A DNA stretch of 64,000 nucleotides from Vitrella brassicaformis CCMP3155 (taxonomy: Eukaryota; Protista; Chromerida): the NCBI GenBank assembly GCA_001179505.1, contig CDMY01000346.1:1-64000 (forward strand), written 5' to 3'. Shown one piece after another: positions 52,503 to 64,000 of the stretch; positions within the stretch are counted from its first letter, which is position 1, and each line of letters opens with the position of its first letter. Position numbers and translations under genes: made by a program. Under the pieces are notes generated by a model, which did no database searches, was not told where the DNA came from, and saw only the letters and a program-made list of their open reading frames with translations.

Positions 52503-52802
52503 NNNNNNNNNNNNNNNNNNNNNNNNNNNNNNNNNNNNNNNNNNNNNNNNNNNNNNNNNNNNNNNNNNNNNNNNNNNNNNNNNNNNNNNNNNNNNNNNNN
52601 NNNNNNNNNNNNNNNNNNNNNNNNNNNNNNNNNNNNNNNNNNNNNNNNNNNNNNNNNNNNNNNNNNNNNNNNNNNNNNNNNNNNNNNNNNNNNNNNNNNN
52701 NNNNNNNNNNNNNNNNNNNNNNNNNNNNNNNNNNNNNNNNNNNNNNNNNNNNNNNNNNNNNNNNNNNNNNNNNNNNNNNNNNNNNNNNNNNNNNNNNNNN
52801 NN

Positions 52803-53800
52803 GGCGCGGGGGCCTCTTCTCGTGGTGGCGGTGGGTGGTGGGTGGGGTGCTTCTCGTCGGCCGGAGAGGGCACAGACGCTGCGGGCTGGCCGATGGCCGA
52901 ACGACTTCAGCCCCTCCAGGAGGTCACTGTTGCCGGTGGTGGGTGCTAGTGGCTGAGATGGACGAAGTGCAGCCTCGGTGTGGATGGACGATCCGCCTTG
53001 TTCGGGTGTGGACTGATGGTGCTGCGGTAGTCCTCTATGGGTCGCTCCACATTCCTCCCGATGCCGATGTCGCGCCGCTCCGCTGCCCGACGTATCGACC
53101 ACAAGAGATGGGAACTGAGCCATCCTCTCCCTTGACAGCGGTCTATGTGGTGATGCCCGTGACGGAACAACCCGCTGGCCGGTGAAGAAGAGGTGGATGT
53201 CTCCCGTGTAGGTGCGCACTCGCCGGTCGCCGGAGGAGTCGCGGACAGAGACGATGGGCATGTCGGCGAAGGGCTGCCCAGCTACGCCAGAGGCAGGCTC
53301 CTGGCGGAAGGCCAGCTGGTCGGGCACCTGATCGACCATTAAGTCGCTCGAATCGCCCGCAACGGTCGCCCTCCCGGGGGATTCTCGTGAATGAACGCCT
53401 CCAGTATGTAGTCGCCCGCCTCGTTGACACCAAGTCGAAGAGTTTAGCTGGTTGCGTGTGCCGAACGGACCGACGGTTGAGGTGCAGCAGCCGCCGCCGG
53501 CAGGCTTGAGCAGCGGCATGACGTAGCCCCCACTAATGCCGGTATCAAGTCATCCACCATTATGGACCTCCACATCCACGTCTAGGAGCCACCCACGGCC
53601 ACGGACGGAGTGCTCCAGCCTGGTCAACAGATGGAAAGCGGGATGACAGGTGCGTGTGAGTGTGTCTTTTGGCAGACCATACCTGTGTGTTGACGCGATG
53701 AGAAAGGTGGCAAAGGCGACGGCGGGGGGCTCGTCTGGTGTGCCGTCGAGCGCAGCGTCCCTCTCTCTGTCAGTGGTGTTGGTGACGGTGTCGGTGTTTG
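52803..53800 (-). pseudogene. Copy 3 (longest) of the Ig-like repeat pseudogene
   Basis: Same sequence as copy 1, continuing upstream (VEVHNGG*LDTGISGGYV) with an in-frame stop and frameshifts. Confidence 0.55.
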
Positions 53801-54385
53801 GTGTGTGTGGTGCGGCTGCAGCTGTGTGCGATGAGGGACAGCTGGTCGGGCTGACGCAGCACCACCTCTGATGCGAACCACACTATCTCCAGACCTAACA
53901 CGACAGGACAACGTGGGCAGGAGTGCACTCAACTCTCCTGCATTTGTGTGTGCTTCTCGTACCGAGATTGGTCTTGTCCTATCGCCCCCATCACCGCCAT
54001 CCCTAGCGACCTCCCTCAGTGTCATGGCCATCAGCTCCCACACCGACAAAAACCGAAACGGACTGCACGGATCACCACCTCCACCACCATTAGTATCATC
54101 TGGTGCTGCTCTGAAGGGCAGTGCGCTCGTCTTGAGACGAAGTGTCACCGTCTTGAGACGAAGATGAGGAGGTACGGCACACGGCGACACAGGAACGGGG
54201 TCGATGAGAGCCCGTGGACGGGCTTGTCGGACACCGCCTCCCTCACATCGTGGCCGACAGCCGCCTTGTCATAACGCCGGGCAAGAAGGAGAGCACCGCT
54301 ATGCATCCATAAACAGAAAGAGACGATTGCGTGGCCCCCAGCTGCTGATGCCGTCAGTGTGTTTGTGCAGGGAGGGGGGTTCTAA

Positions 54386-57085
54386 TCAATGACGGCGTGC
54401 TGCCCGGCCCCTCAGCTCACCCCTTCCCCCACCACGACGGTCGGCCCGCCCCGCCGTCCCCGTCTCCCTCTCCTCGCGTGGTGCCTGTGGCTGCTCCTGC
54501 TCAGTCACCTCCCCCTCTCCTCCCCTGAGCCGCCTCCTGTAGAGGCGCTTCCACACCGGCTCGCGCCTGTCTTGGGCCGCGGTGATCCTCCTTGTGCCGG
54601 CGCAGACCCACGGCCGCACGTGGGCCGCCGGCGTCTCGACTGCCGACTCCTTCTGGGCGGCACGGAGGGCGTACAGCCGCTCGTGCACCGGCTCCTCCCT
54701 CTGGATGCGGCTGGCTCTGCGGGTCAGGTGTGGCCTGAATGTGCAGCCGGCTGGTGGTGGGGCGAGGGAGGGCTTGGGTGGTGGCTGGGAAGCCTCGTCG
54801 GACGGGGGGAGGGTGCTGGCTGTCGTGGGCTGCTGCTGCAGTGGGGCTCTCGTTGCACCCGCGGCCGTCTGCTGCTCCTGCTGGTCGTCCTCCCTCTCCG
54901 CCTGCCGTGCCGCCTTGAGCAGCTGCTGCGCTGTCGGCCTCTCCCCTCTTGGCTTGGTGATGGCGGCGGTGAGGAGGGCCGACCCCGTGTCGACTCTTGG
55001 CCTGGCCCCCTTGACCATCCCCCCCTCCCACCTGCCCCTCCACTCCCTCTCCTCCCTCTTGATCAGCTCAGCGTGGGTGGGGATGGCCGCCTTCTGGGTG
55101 GGCGGGCGAGAGACCTGCGGGGGCCTTCTGCGGTCGGCTTGGCGTCGCCCTGTCTGTTGTCCAGGAGGTCGCGGGGCCCCTGGCGCTGTCTGCTGCTGTC
55201 CTCCTCTTCCACCAGCCCTGATCTCCTCTCGTCGGTCCTGCTGGGGCCTTTTTGCCATCCGTCGGCACGGCTGCTGCTGCCGGTCCGTTGGGCAGGGGGG
55301 GCGGGAGCCGCCCTGCTGGGTGAGGGAGGCCTGGCGACTGAGGGGGCTGGTGGTGAGCGTGGCGGACTCAGAAACACCACCTGATCGACAAAATATACAC
55401 ACACACACACGTGATGGGGTTGTACGTGGGTGGTGCGCGTGGGTTCGTACAGTGCAGCTGTAGGGGCGGCGGGGGGGCCCTGGGCGTCGCCATGGGTGGC
55501 GTTGCGGCGTCGATGACCGACTGCACCAGTGCCCGGGCGCGCTTGAAGCCCGCCGCCAGGTCCTCCAGGGAGGCACGGTCTTCGTGCCGCCACTGAAGTC
55601 CCTTGGCAGCGGTCTCGCCGATGATGCCCATCCACTCGTCCACCCACTCCAGGCCCGGCAGCTCCTTCAGCCGCTCCAGGGGACAGGTCAGTCTGTGGCT
55701 ACCCAGGGGGCGGCCGTCAGGCGTCATGAAAGGGTGCCAGGAGTGCCGCCACTTCATCACCACCAACATGTTACTCCTCGTGATGTCTTTGCTGGTGGGC
55801 TCCTCACTGACCCAGCATCCCATGTTCCTCTGCATGGTCTCCGTGTTGAGGACGCTGAGGGCGAACATCCCCATGCCCCATGAGATGCTCCTCTCGTCCA
55901 TCCACACCGCCTCGTCCTCCCCCTCGCCCACGAGGATTCCGCTGCCGCGCAGCTCACGGCGGCACTCGTCCACGGCGGCCGTCATCTGGTCCAGCTCGGC
56001 TGGCTGCTGGTGGGGTTGATGCCCAGGTTAACCTCGTAGACGGTGCGGGCGGATGGACGGTCCCTCTTGCCCTCGTAGTCCTCCCTGGCGCCCTCAAGGA
56101 AAACCAGCTCCTGCTCGGGGGGGCAGAATGTGGGGGTCCCATCAGGTGCCTGGTCGACGGCCTCGAGGGCGGCCTTCCGGAGGGGCACGCGGGCATGGGC
56201 AGGGCCGATGAATGCGGGCGCGTCGGGGGATGGCTGGACGAGGGTGGCGTTAGCCAGGTCGATGACCCGGATGGCCTCCTTGACGTCCCTCTCCTGCTGC
56301 GATGCCGACACCCGCAAAGCCGACCTCTTGACAAAAACGTTGTTTTTGTGGTGGTCCGTCAAGAGGAGGCCCTCCTTGGCGGCGTGGATGTGGGCCTCGT
56401 TGATGAGCTCGAGGGCGGTCGTGACGGCGAACAAGTCCTCCGCCACTGACCTGACCCTCTGCTCGGCCGTCTTGCCGCTGCAGCGGTCGACCACGGTTTC
56501 CAGGTTGAGATCTCCCGGGTTGCCCTTCCTATCCCTCAGCAGCAGGTTGCGCTGCTCGGTGAACTCCTCTGCATCAAACAGACATGAATCACACACCACA
56601 GACACAGAGAATGACATGCAGTGGGAGCATTGCACTGCGTGCCCCACCCTCTACAGCCTTACATGAGCCTTACATGCATGTGTACCTGAAACACGAGGCA
56701 TCCCGATCGCCACACACGGCAGTCGCATCTGCCTTCCCGCCTGGCAGACCTCGAACGTGGCGCTGTGTGTGGGGTCGGTGTCCTCAAAGAGGAGTGCGAC
56801 GAAGGGCGGGCTGGCGTCGGGCACCTCGCCGCCGAACCTGCGCATCAGCCTTGCCTCCCTCTGCAGCATGCCCGCGCAGTGGCGCAGGTTCGAGGGGCCG
56901 TCCTGGGCGGCCACCTTGAGCACACTGTCGACCTTGAGGAAGCCGCATCTGTCCTTGGGGTCGGGCATCTGCAGCTCTTTGGTAAGGACGGAGACCCCGT
57001 TGGCACAGTGCAGGTGGGCCTCCACAAGGTCCTTCCACTGGTGGACTTGGCCGTTGGTGCGGAAGAGGGTGCCCTTTCGTAACAT
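54386..57085 (-). pseudogene. Divergent protein kinase with a disordered C-tail; frameshifted near 56012
   Basis: VLKVAA, MLQREARLM, LLTDHHKNNVFV, IRVIDLA, GTPTFCPPEQ and SISWGMG. The frame breaks at INP in a C4 run; C5 would give NPHQQPAELDQM. Confidence 0.7.
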
Positions 57086-57372
57086 TGCTGCTGCTGCTCT
57101 TGCTCTTGCTGCTGTCGCTGCTACTACTGCTGCTGCTGCTGCTGACTGCTGCTGCTCTTGCTGCTGCTCTTGCTGCTGCTGCTGCTGCTGCTGCTGTTGA
57201 GGTGCCACTGGCTGGCGGTGGCAAGCAGCGTAGCTCAGCTCAGAATTTGCAAGCTCAAACGGGGAAAGGAAATAAGCTCGCGCACCAGCGCTTCAAATTC
57301 TGCTTTGCCGCCTTTGTTTCAAGTTCGTAACATAGCACCTTTCACCCTTTGAATATCCACGCCAAAACGGAG

Positions 57373-58342
57373 ATGGAGTCGGCGATTCACGCCGCTGCCA
57401 AGGAGTCGGTCATGCTGCACAAGCACGGTACACACACGGACAGTAACAGACAGGAAGAGCCACAGACGGGTGTGACTGACAGGTGATCAAGGGACTCAAT
57501 CAATGTATGTGTGCCGTTTCGTCGCTCTCCGTCGCGCTGTTCAGGTGCGGTGTTGACGCGAGGTCGCAAGAAGGTGGCCGAGGGGTGCAATGAGGAGCGT
57601 GGTCGTTGGCGGAAGCCTCGTTGGATGCACATGATCGGCAGTGAGGGACGGTCGCCCTCCCACGGATGCAGCCTCCACGCAGAGGTAGCCGTCCTCAAGA
57701 CCTTCCTCAACTCTACCTGCCGGGTGAGAAAGGCGGGGAGCAAGCAAGGCAGGCAGGCAAGAAGGACAGGGTCATGAGCTGCATGAGTGGGCAGCGGAGG
57801 AAGGGAAACGTGCCCCAATTACCGTGGCTGACACTGTGTGTGTGTGTGTGGTGCAGGGTCTATCGAAAGGGTGGCGGGTTAAAGGGCGGCGGGGGCAACA
57901 AGCTCAAACGTAAAACCAAAAAGGTGCGCTGGCCGACCCATGCTCGCTCTCGAACACACACATACAAATCTTCTCTCTGATGCAGTTGACCCTTCATGTC
58001 GGTCGCATCACGTCCGCCGCTGCTTCCGCCGATGGCCACCAGCCCGCCTTCCTCAACTCGATGCCGTGCGCCGTCTGCCTGGCCTTCCTGCACAAGATGC
58101 ACATTCCCAAGATAGCCTACTCCACCAACGATGGAGACTTCTCCGTCATGCGCCTGCGGGAACTCCTCCTCACCGATTCGGCCAAGGACATCCGGCCTTC
58201 GAGGGGCTACCGCACTTTGGCGCTGAAGGGTGTGGGTGCCAACGAGGGGAATGTCAGGCTGAGTGCGGCGCACACGCACATACTGCACGCAAGACAGGCG
58301 GGAGATGGTGGCCCGAACATCACAAACAAACAAGGTCAGTGA
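57373..58342 (+). CDS. Zn-dependent cytidine/dCMP-deaminase-like protein of virus/phage type, 4 exons, with a frame discontinuity in exon 3
   Basis: MESAIHAAAKESVMLHKH|GAVLTRGRKKVAEGCN..SLHAEVAVL..LTLHVGRI..NSMPCAVC..IPKIAYST contains the HxE and PCxxC motifs. Confidence 0.85.
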
Positions 58343-59277
58343 GGGACAAATTCAGGCAGGCAGGCAGGTGTGTGATGAGAGCGATTGAATATTTGCAAGC
58401 CGAGCCCTTCGTGGACGCTGACTTGAACAGTATAACCACTTTACCAAGATCTGTGCTGACACCCGCCTGCTGCATGACATACGCTGCGTGATGCCTGACT
58501 GCACGAATGGACCCACCCATACAAGTGCTCTTTCTCTCTGTGTTGCTGTGTGCTGTGTGCAGGCGGCGCGCGTGTTGTCGACCGAGATGGGGGGCGTGGC
58601 CATGTGTCTGATGAGGGCAGCAATTCATCGGGGAGTGAGGGCGGCAGCAGCATGAGGGCGGCGGCCAGCGCCAAGACACGCAAGGGCAAGAAGTAACCAA
58701 GTGACCGAACGGCCGACGTGCATGAATACAGGAATGTTGGAGAGTGATTAATGAGTGCTTATTGTGGATGGATGGATGGTCTGACTGGCCAACGATGCGT
58801 AGATCAGTCGCTGACCGGTGAATGCATGTACGTGTGTATGGAGCGTCCGCTTGTGGACGTTCTCGTTAATGGATTGACACCCACCACCTCTCGTGCATAG
58901 ATACGTACGAAATGTCCAGGAACATACGCCTGAAAATGCACGTATGTCGTGTCTCTTCTCTCCCTCCCTCCCTGATCTGTGTGTCTTGTTTTGTTCCCTC
59001 CTTGGCGCTCTTCGTTTCCACAGACGCTGTAGAACTGCGTTACAGCGGTTAGCGCTCTTCAGCCTGCGTGCGTGCCGATGGAGCTTTATTCCGTGCATGC
59101 GTCTATTTCATGCACCGCTCAACACAATCGCGGCGAAAGTCGACACCATGAGGATTAACCGAGTCATCCATCCTCAACCAACCATCCGGTTGAGGGGCGA
59201 TGCCATGAAAATGACAAGACAAGAAAATATAAATGTAGGCAGCAATGTATGTCTGTCTATCTGTCTTTTCTTGTCCA

Positions 59278-59990
59278 ACAGGGCGACCGCCAGGCGTCAT
59301 GAAATACTGCCAGGAGTGCTGCCACTTCAATACCACCAACATGTTACTCCTCGTGATGTCTTTGCTGGTGGGCTTCTCACTGACGCAGCTTCCCATGTTC
59401 CTCTGCATGGTCTCCGTGTTGAGGACGCTGAGGGCGAACATTGCCATGCCCCATGAGATGCTCCTTTCGTCCATCCACACCGCCTCGTCCTCCCCCTCGC
59501 CCACGAGAATTCCGCTGCCGCGCAGCTCACGGCGGCACTCGTCCACGGCGGCCGTCATCTGGTCCAGCTCGGCTGGCTGCCTGGTGGGGGTTGATCCCCA
59601 GGTTGACATCGTAGACGGTGCGGGCGGATGGGCGGTCCCTCTTGGTCTCGTAGTCCTCCCTGGCGCCCTCAAGGAAAACCAGCTCCTGCTCGGGGGCAGA
59701 ATGTGGGGGTCCCATCAGGTGCCTGGTCGACGGCCTCGAGGGCGGCCTTCCGGAGGGGCACGCGGGCATGGGCAGGGCCGATGAATGGCGGCGCGTCGGG
59801 GGTCGGTTCCTTGCCAAGGACGGAAAACCCGTTGGCACAGTGCAGGTGCGCCTCCACAAGGTTCTCCCACTGGTGAACTTGGCCGTTGGTGCGGAAGAGG
59901 GTGCCCTTTCGTAACATTGCTGCTGCTGCTGTTGCTACGGCTGCTGCTGCTGCTGCTGCTGCTGTGGTGGTGGCTGGAGGTGGCGAGCAG
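59278..59990 (-). pseudogene. Internally deleted, frameshifted paralogue of the 54-57 kb kinase
   Basis: MLRKGTLFRTNGQVHQW..CANGFSVLGKE joins directly to PTPDAPPFIGPAHARV. It has a G7 to G5 deletion and a +1 G, and homology ends near 59280. Confidence 0.85.
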
Positions 59991-61044
59991 CTGATGGCCT
60001 CTCGAGGATGGGCCGCCTCACTACTGCTGACGAACAGAGATGTCTCGAACTTCTTGTAATAAATGTTGGTTCTTCGTAAAGGTTGGTTCTTACCTTTTGC
60101 GTATGTCCGAATACGCGAACTCTGCACCACAGCGAAAATCAGTGAATGGGTTTTCCCCTTGGTAGTTGTTTGGGGCCTGCAGACCGGTGTACACATGCGT
60201 ATCCCTCCATATTTGTTCACACGCCCAGCCATTGTTCGCTTCGTACCGTCTTCGTTTAGTACGGATATCTCCTCCACTGACCAACTCGCTCGGTCTCCGA
60301 CGCCATCCACTAAATGACAGAGAAATCTGTCTATTCTGGCCGACAGGCAAAATGTGGGGTCTGCAAAGAATCGAAGGCAACAGCGGCCATGATGCGGACG
60401 GTGTCCGAGAGTGTCTGGCGTCCGCATCAATACGGCTCTACAGCTCTCGTTTGGTGGCGTTTGTGACCTTCTTTTACCTTCTTTGAGCCACCGGCCTTGA
60501 AGCTCTTCCCTTGTAGCACCACCCCTCGTGGTAGCGCACTGAGTACCACTTCCGGATCCTCACCCTCGTGTGCATTCAATGGCAGCGTTTCAGTGTGTCT
60601 GCCCGCAGGAAACGCCGCAGGTGAGTTCAGGGGTCTGCGATCACAGTGTCTGAGCAGCTCTTGAGCAACCGAGAGTGGGAGAGAAACGGGAGGAAAAACA
60701 TGCAAATTGCGCGCGCGTCTCCCGTCGAGAATTCTCGACTTTTTGTGAATCCATGCAGTTTTCGGCTGTCGTAAGGGTGAATGGGTCCACTGTCTGGCTG
60801 GCTGGCTGCCTGTCTGTGAAGAATGGGACGGGACAGATTGATGGATGGATTGGATGAATTGATTTTTCTCTTCGTTGCAATGATACGTCATTGTCCGGAA
60901 GATTCTTACAGCCGGGCGTGGTATGGATTTGTGAGCCTATAGAAGTGTCTTGCAGTCACTCCAGCAAGCGTCGCCTCAAGTACAAGCGCACCCATGAACG
61001 CCTTCCCACGCACACACCTTATGTGTGTCACCCATCGGTCAGCC

Positions 61045-63040
61045 TCACTTGGCGCCTCCCTTTTGGTGCCTCTTTTTCCTTGACTTATGTGCCGGCTTGC
61101 CGCTGCCGCTGCCGCTGCTGGTCGAGTGCATCTCAGAGTCGACTTCTCTGAGGGCCTCGAGGACCCTCTCGTGATGCGCCATAGCCATGTCCTCATGCAC
61201 CTCCTGCACACACACACACACACACACACAGAGGTTCACTATGCAAGCTGCCGTGTGGTGTGTGTGTGTCTGTCCGGCAACACACTCACGGTTGTTTCCT
61301 CGAGCTTGTGTCCGAGTGCATGCTCTATCCGCTGGAAGGGCTCGATGTCATACCTGTAATATGCGTGTGTCAGTGTGTCAGCATCGCACAGGACACATAC
61401 ACACACGGACTCACCCCAGCTGCCCGCGTGTGTGCGTGTGTGTAAGTGTGTTGGCTCCTACATACTGGGTGACGAGAGTGATGGCGCGTCCGGTCCTGCC
61501 CGCCCGTGCGGTGCGTCCCACTCGGTGAATGTAGTCTTTGGAGGCCGTGGGGATGTCCATGTTGACGACCACATCGACCGAGGGGATGTCCAGCCCGCGG
61601 CTGCCCACCTCCGTCACCACCAGCACCTTCTTGGCACCGCTCTTGAAGTGGTTCAACGCCCCCAACCGCTGGGACTGACTCATCTTCCCGTGTAAACATA
61701 TCTGATCGACGATCAAGACACACACACATGTGGGGGCATGGGAGTGCATCTGTGCCGCAGGTAGCTGGCCGACCAACCGACCGCTGGGAAGGCGAGTTTC
61801 CTTAGCAGGAGAGCGGTTCGTTGTGCGCCGAGGCAGGTGGCTGCGAAGACCATGGTGACGTAGGCCTCGAGGTGCTTGAGGAGTGCCACGAGGTAGGTGT
61901 GCTTGTACTTGAAGGGGATGAACATGTAGCTCTGCACCAACGTGCTCACCGTTTCGTACTTGGTGCTCACCTCAACCTACAAGACACACGCACAGACACG
62001 GACGGGCACATGTCTGTCTGCCTGTGTGTGTGTGGCGGATGGGCTGACAGACTGACTGGCCGACCTTGACGGGCTTTGTGAGGGACGCCCGCTGCAGCTT
62101 GCTGACTTTGCTCGTCATGGTGGCCGAGAAGAGGTACGTCCGTCGGTCGCCTGATGCAGCCTGCATACGCGTCAACACCCACACACACCCACACACACCC
62201 ACACACACACCTACAATGTGTTCATTCGCTCATTTCCCCATGGGTGTCAGTCATCTGTCTGTCGCCTCGACATGCCTGGATGATCTTGTTGAGGGGTTCC
62301 TCAAAGTCCATCGAGAGCAGCCGGTCGGCCTCGTCCATGACCAGGTACTTGATGCACCGGATGTGGAACCCCTTGGTGTTCTCCAGGTGATCCACCAGCC
62401 GCCCAGGAGACGCCACGATGATGTGCGGCTTCCTCGACAGAGCCATCGCCTGAGTCACCATGTCCAGCCCCCCCACCACCACAGCCACCTCCAGAGCGAT
62501 GCTCGCACCCAGGGCCTGGAACTGCTCCGCTATCTGCACACACAGCTCCCTTGTCGGGGCCAGCACCACGCCGTACACGCGCTGCGGCTGATCGAGCAGT
62601 GACTGCAGGATGGGCAGGGCGAAGGCGCCCGTCTTGCCGGAGCCGGTCTCCGCGAGGCCGATGATGTCCCGCCCCTTGAGGGCCCACGGGATGGCCTTGA
62701 CCTGGATCTTGGTCGGACGCACCCACCCCAGAGCCCGGCACGCCTCGCATAGCTCCGGGCACACACCCAGCTCCTCGAAGCTCTCTGCTGACGACATCGC
62801 AGCGCCGCCTGATCCCGAAACGGCCTCGGAGTGACTCGTGTCTTCTGTGGGCGACGCCTCGTGGTGAGTCAGATCATTGTAGTCTGATGTGCCGAGCTGA
62901 TGAGTGTTGTCGGCATCTGTCTTGCGGCGCTTCTCTGGTCGTGTGTTGTCCGTCGGGCCGGCCTGTCTGTTGGCCTTGGCTTTCTTGTGCTTGAGCCGCG
63001 TCAGCAGGTCCTCCTTGCTCACGCCGCCAGATGGATCCAT
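61045..63040 (-). CDS. RRP3: DEAD-box RNA helicase DDX47/RRP3
   Basis: [47 protein letters not shown] and [13 protein letters not shown]. Confidence 0.95.
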
Positions 63041-63249
63041 CGCACGCACGATAGCACCAGATGCTGCGCGAATGGTGCAAGGGTTTTGTTCGTGGCTTAG
63101 CTCGCAAGTTGCTAGGGTGCTCCCTGAAACCGCTGCTGCTCCAGGAGAAAAGCCATCGAGAAGGGGACCTCGACATTGCGTGAGCATATCTGGTGGAGAG
63201 GAAGATCACAGAGATCAAAAAGTGCGGTTGCAGACATCATCACATCATC

Positions 63250-64000
63250 ATGGCTGAGGGCGGGTGCATGTCCCTGCTGGAAGATCTGCTGAGTGAGAGG
63301 GTGCTCGTGCGGGAGAGGACGCTGGAGAAACTCAGCAGCCAGGTGAGCCGGTCAAAAGAGCAAAGCACAAATGTGATCTCTTCTGTGTGTTTGCGGTTGT
63401 CAGTTGCGCCATGGTGCAGGAGACGTTGCTCAGCTCGAGGATGCGCTGCTTTCGGTGCTCAGGGAGTACTCGACAGCAGCACATGGCGCGGCCAGCAAGG
63501 CATGGGCTCGAGCGCACGGCGGTCTATCGGCTGCCGCACTCGTCATGGATGTCGGCTCGCTGGAGTTCGCCGCCGAGGTGCTCTCCCTGCTGGTCCAGCC
63601 CTCTGACGGAGAGCATCCTACCGGACTGGTCAGCTGCCGATGCACCTGATCGGCTGGCGTGGCATGGATGTGTGTGTGTGTGTCCCTGGATGTGTGTGCG
63701 CAGGCGTTCGATCCAGAGCACCGTGTGCGTGAGGCATGTGCCAAGGCCTCCCTGGGGTGCTTCAAGAGGCTCGGCGTGACCCACTACAATGAGATCAAGA
63801 CCACCCTCATGAGCTACGTCACGGCGCAGCTGCTGAAGGAGACCGCCGAGCCAAACGGCGCACACGCCACAGCAGCCACAAGCTTCGACACATGCGGCCA
63901 TGCAGACCACCCGCAGCACACAGCGGCCCCTGCTGTGCAGTCGGGCCAGCTCGAGACCGCTCTCGACTGCATCAGGGGGGCGGTGAGGGGCATGGTCGAG
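63250..64000 (+). CDS. HEAT/ARM-like helical protein, 5' part (truncated by the window)
   Basis: MAEGG..LEDLLSERVLVRERTLEKL|..DPEHRVREACAKASL, in amphipathic helical exons with canonical introns. Confidence 0.6.

Noticed and set aside
57085-57208. PolyQ/polyA ORF extension upstream of the kinase
   Set aside because: It is a (CTG)n-type repeat with no in-frame ATG found, so it is treated as UTR or unresolved.
57864-57869. CGA AAG hexamer, the -1 shift site of Bacillus subtilis cdd
   Set aside because: It lies in the +1 frame and would shift in the wrong direction for the needed 0 to +1 transition. Probably coincidence.

Overview
Eukaryotic, GC-rich, intron-dense DNA. GT-AG introns are packed with (GT)n, (CTGT)n and (GATG)n microsatellites. 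Style and gene content point to a chromerid alveolate, most likely Vitrella brassicaformis (inference). There are three 300-N gaps (19602-19901, 42372-42671, 52503-52802). I reconstructed about 20 spliced genes or pseudogenes by eye; exon boundaries are approximate unless stated. Recognisable genes: Ser/Thr kinases (several decayed), an ankyrin protein, an EF-hand protein, pantothenate kinase, a METTL21-like methyltransferase, an RJL GTPase, a NUDT9-like Nudix hydrolase, a helical-repeat/RluA fusion, cathepsin L, a shikimate-kinase-like/CS protein, a HIT protein, an Apple-domain multipass protein, DDX47/RRP3 and a HEAT protein. The best leads are four. (1) A ~1.84-kb element with 281-bp inverted repeats and a CAA target duplication splits an exon of a secreted Cys-rich gene and carries a non-transposase cargo ORF. 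(2) A spliced, virus/phage-type Zn-deaminase sits between two decayed kinase paralogues, and its exon 3 enters in frame 0 but must exit in +1. (3) A plastid-type shikimate pseudokinase has its CS domain in the reverse order to plant SKL2. (4) A helical-repeat protein is fused to an RluA pseudouridine synthase. I saw no rRNA, tRNA or CRISPR array.
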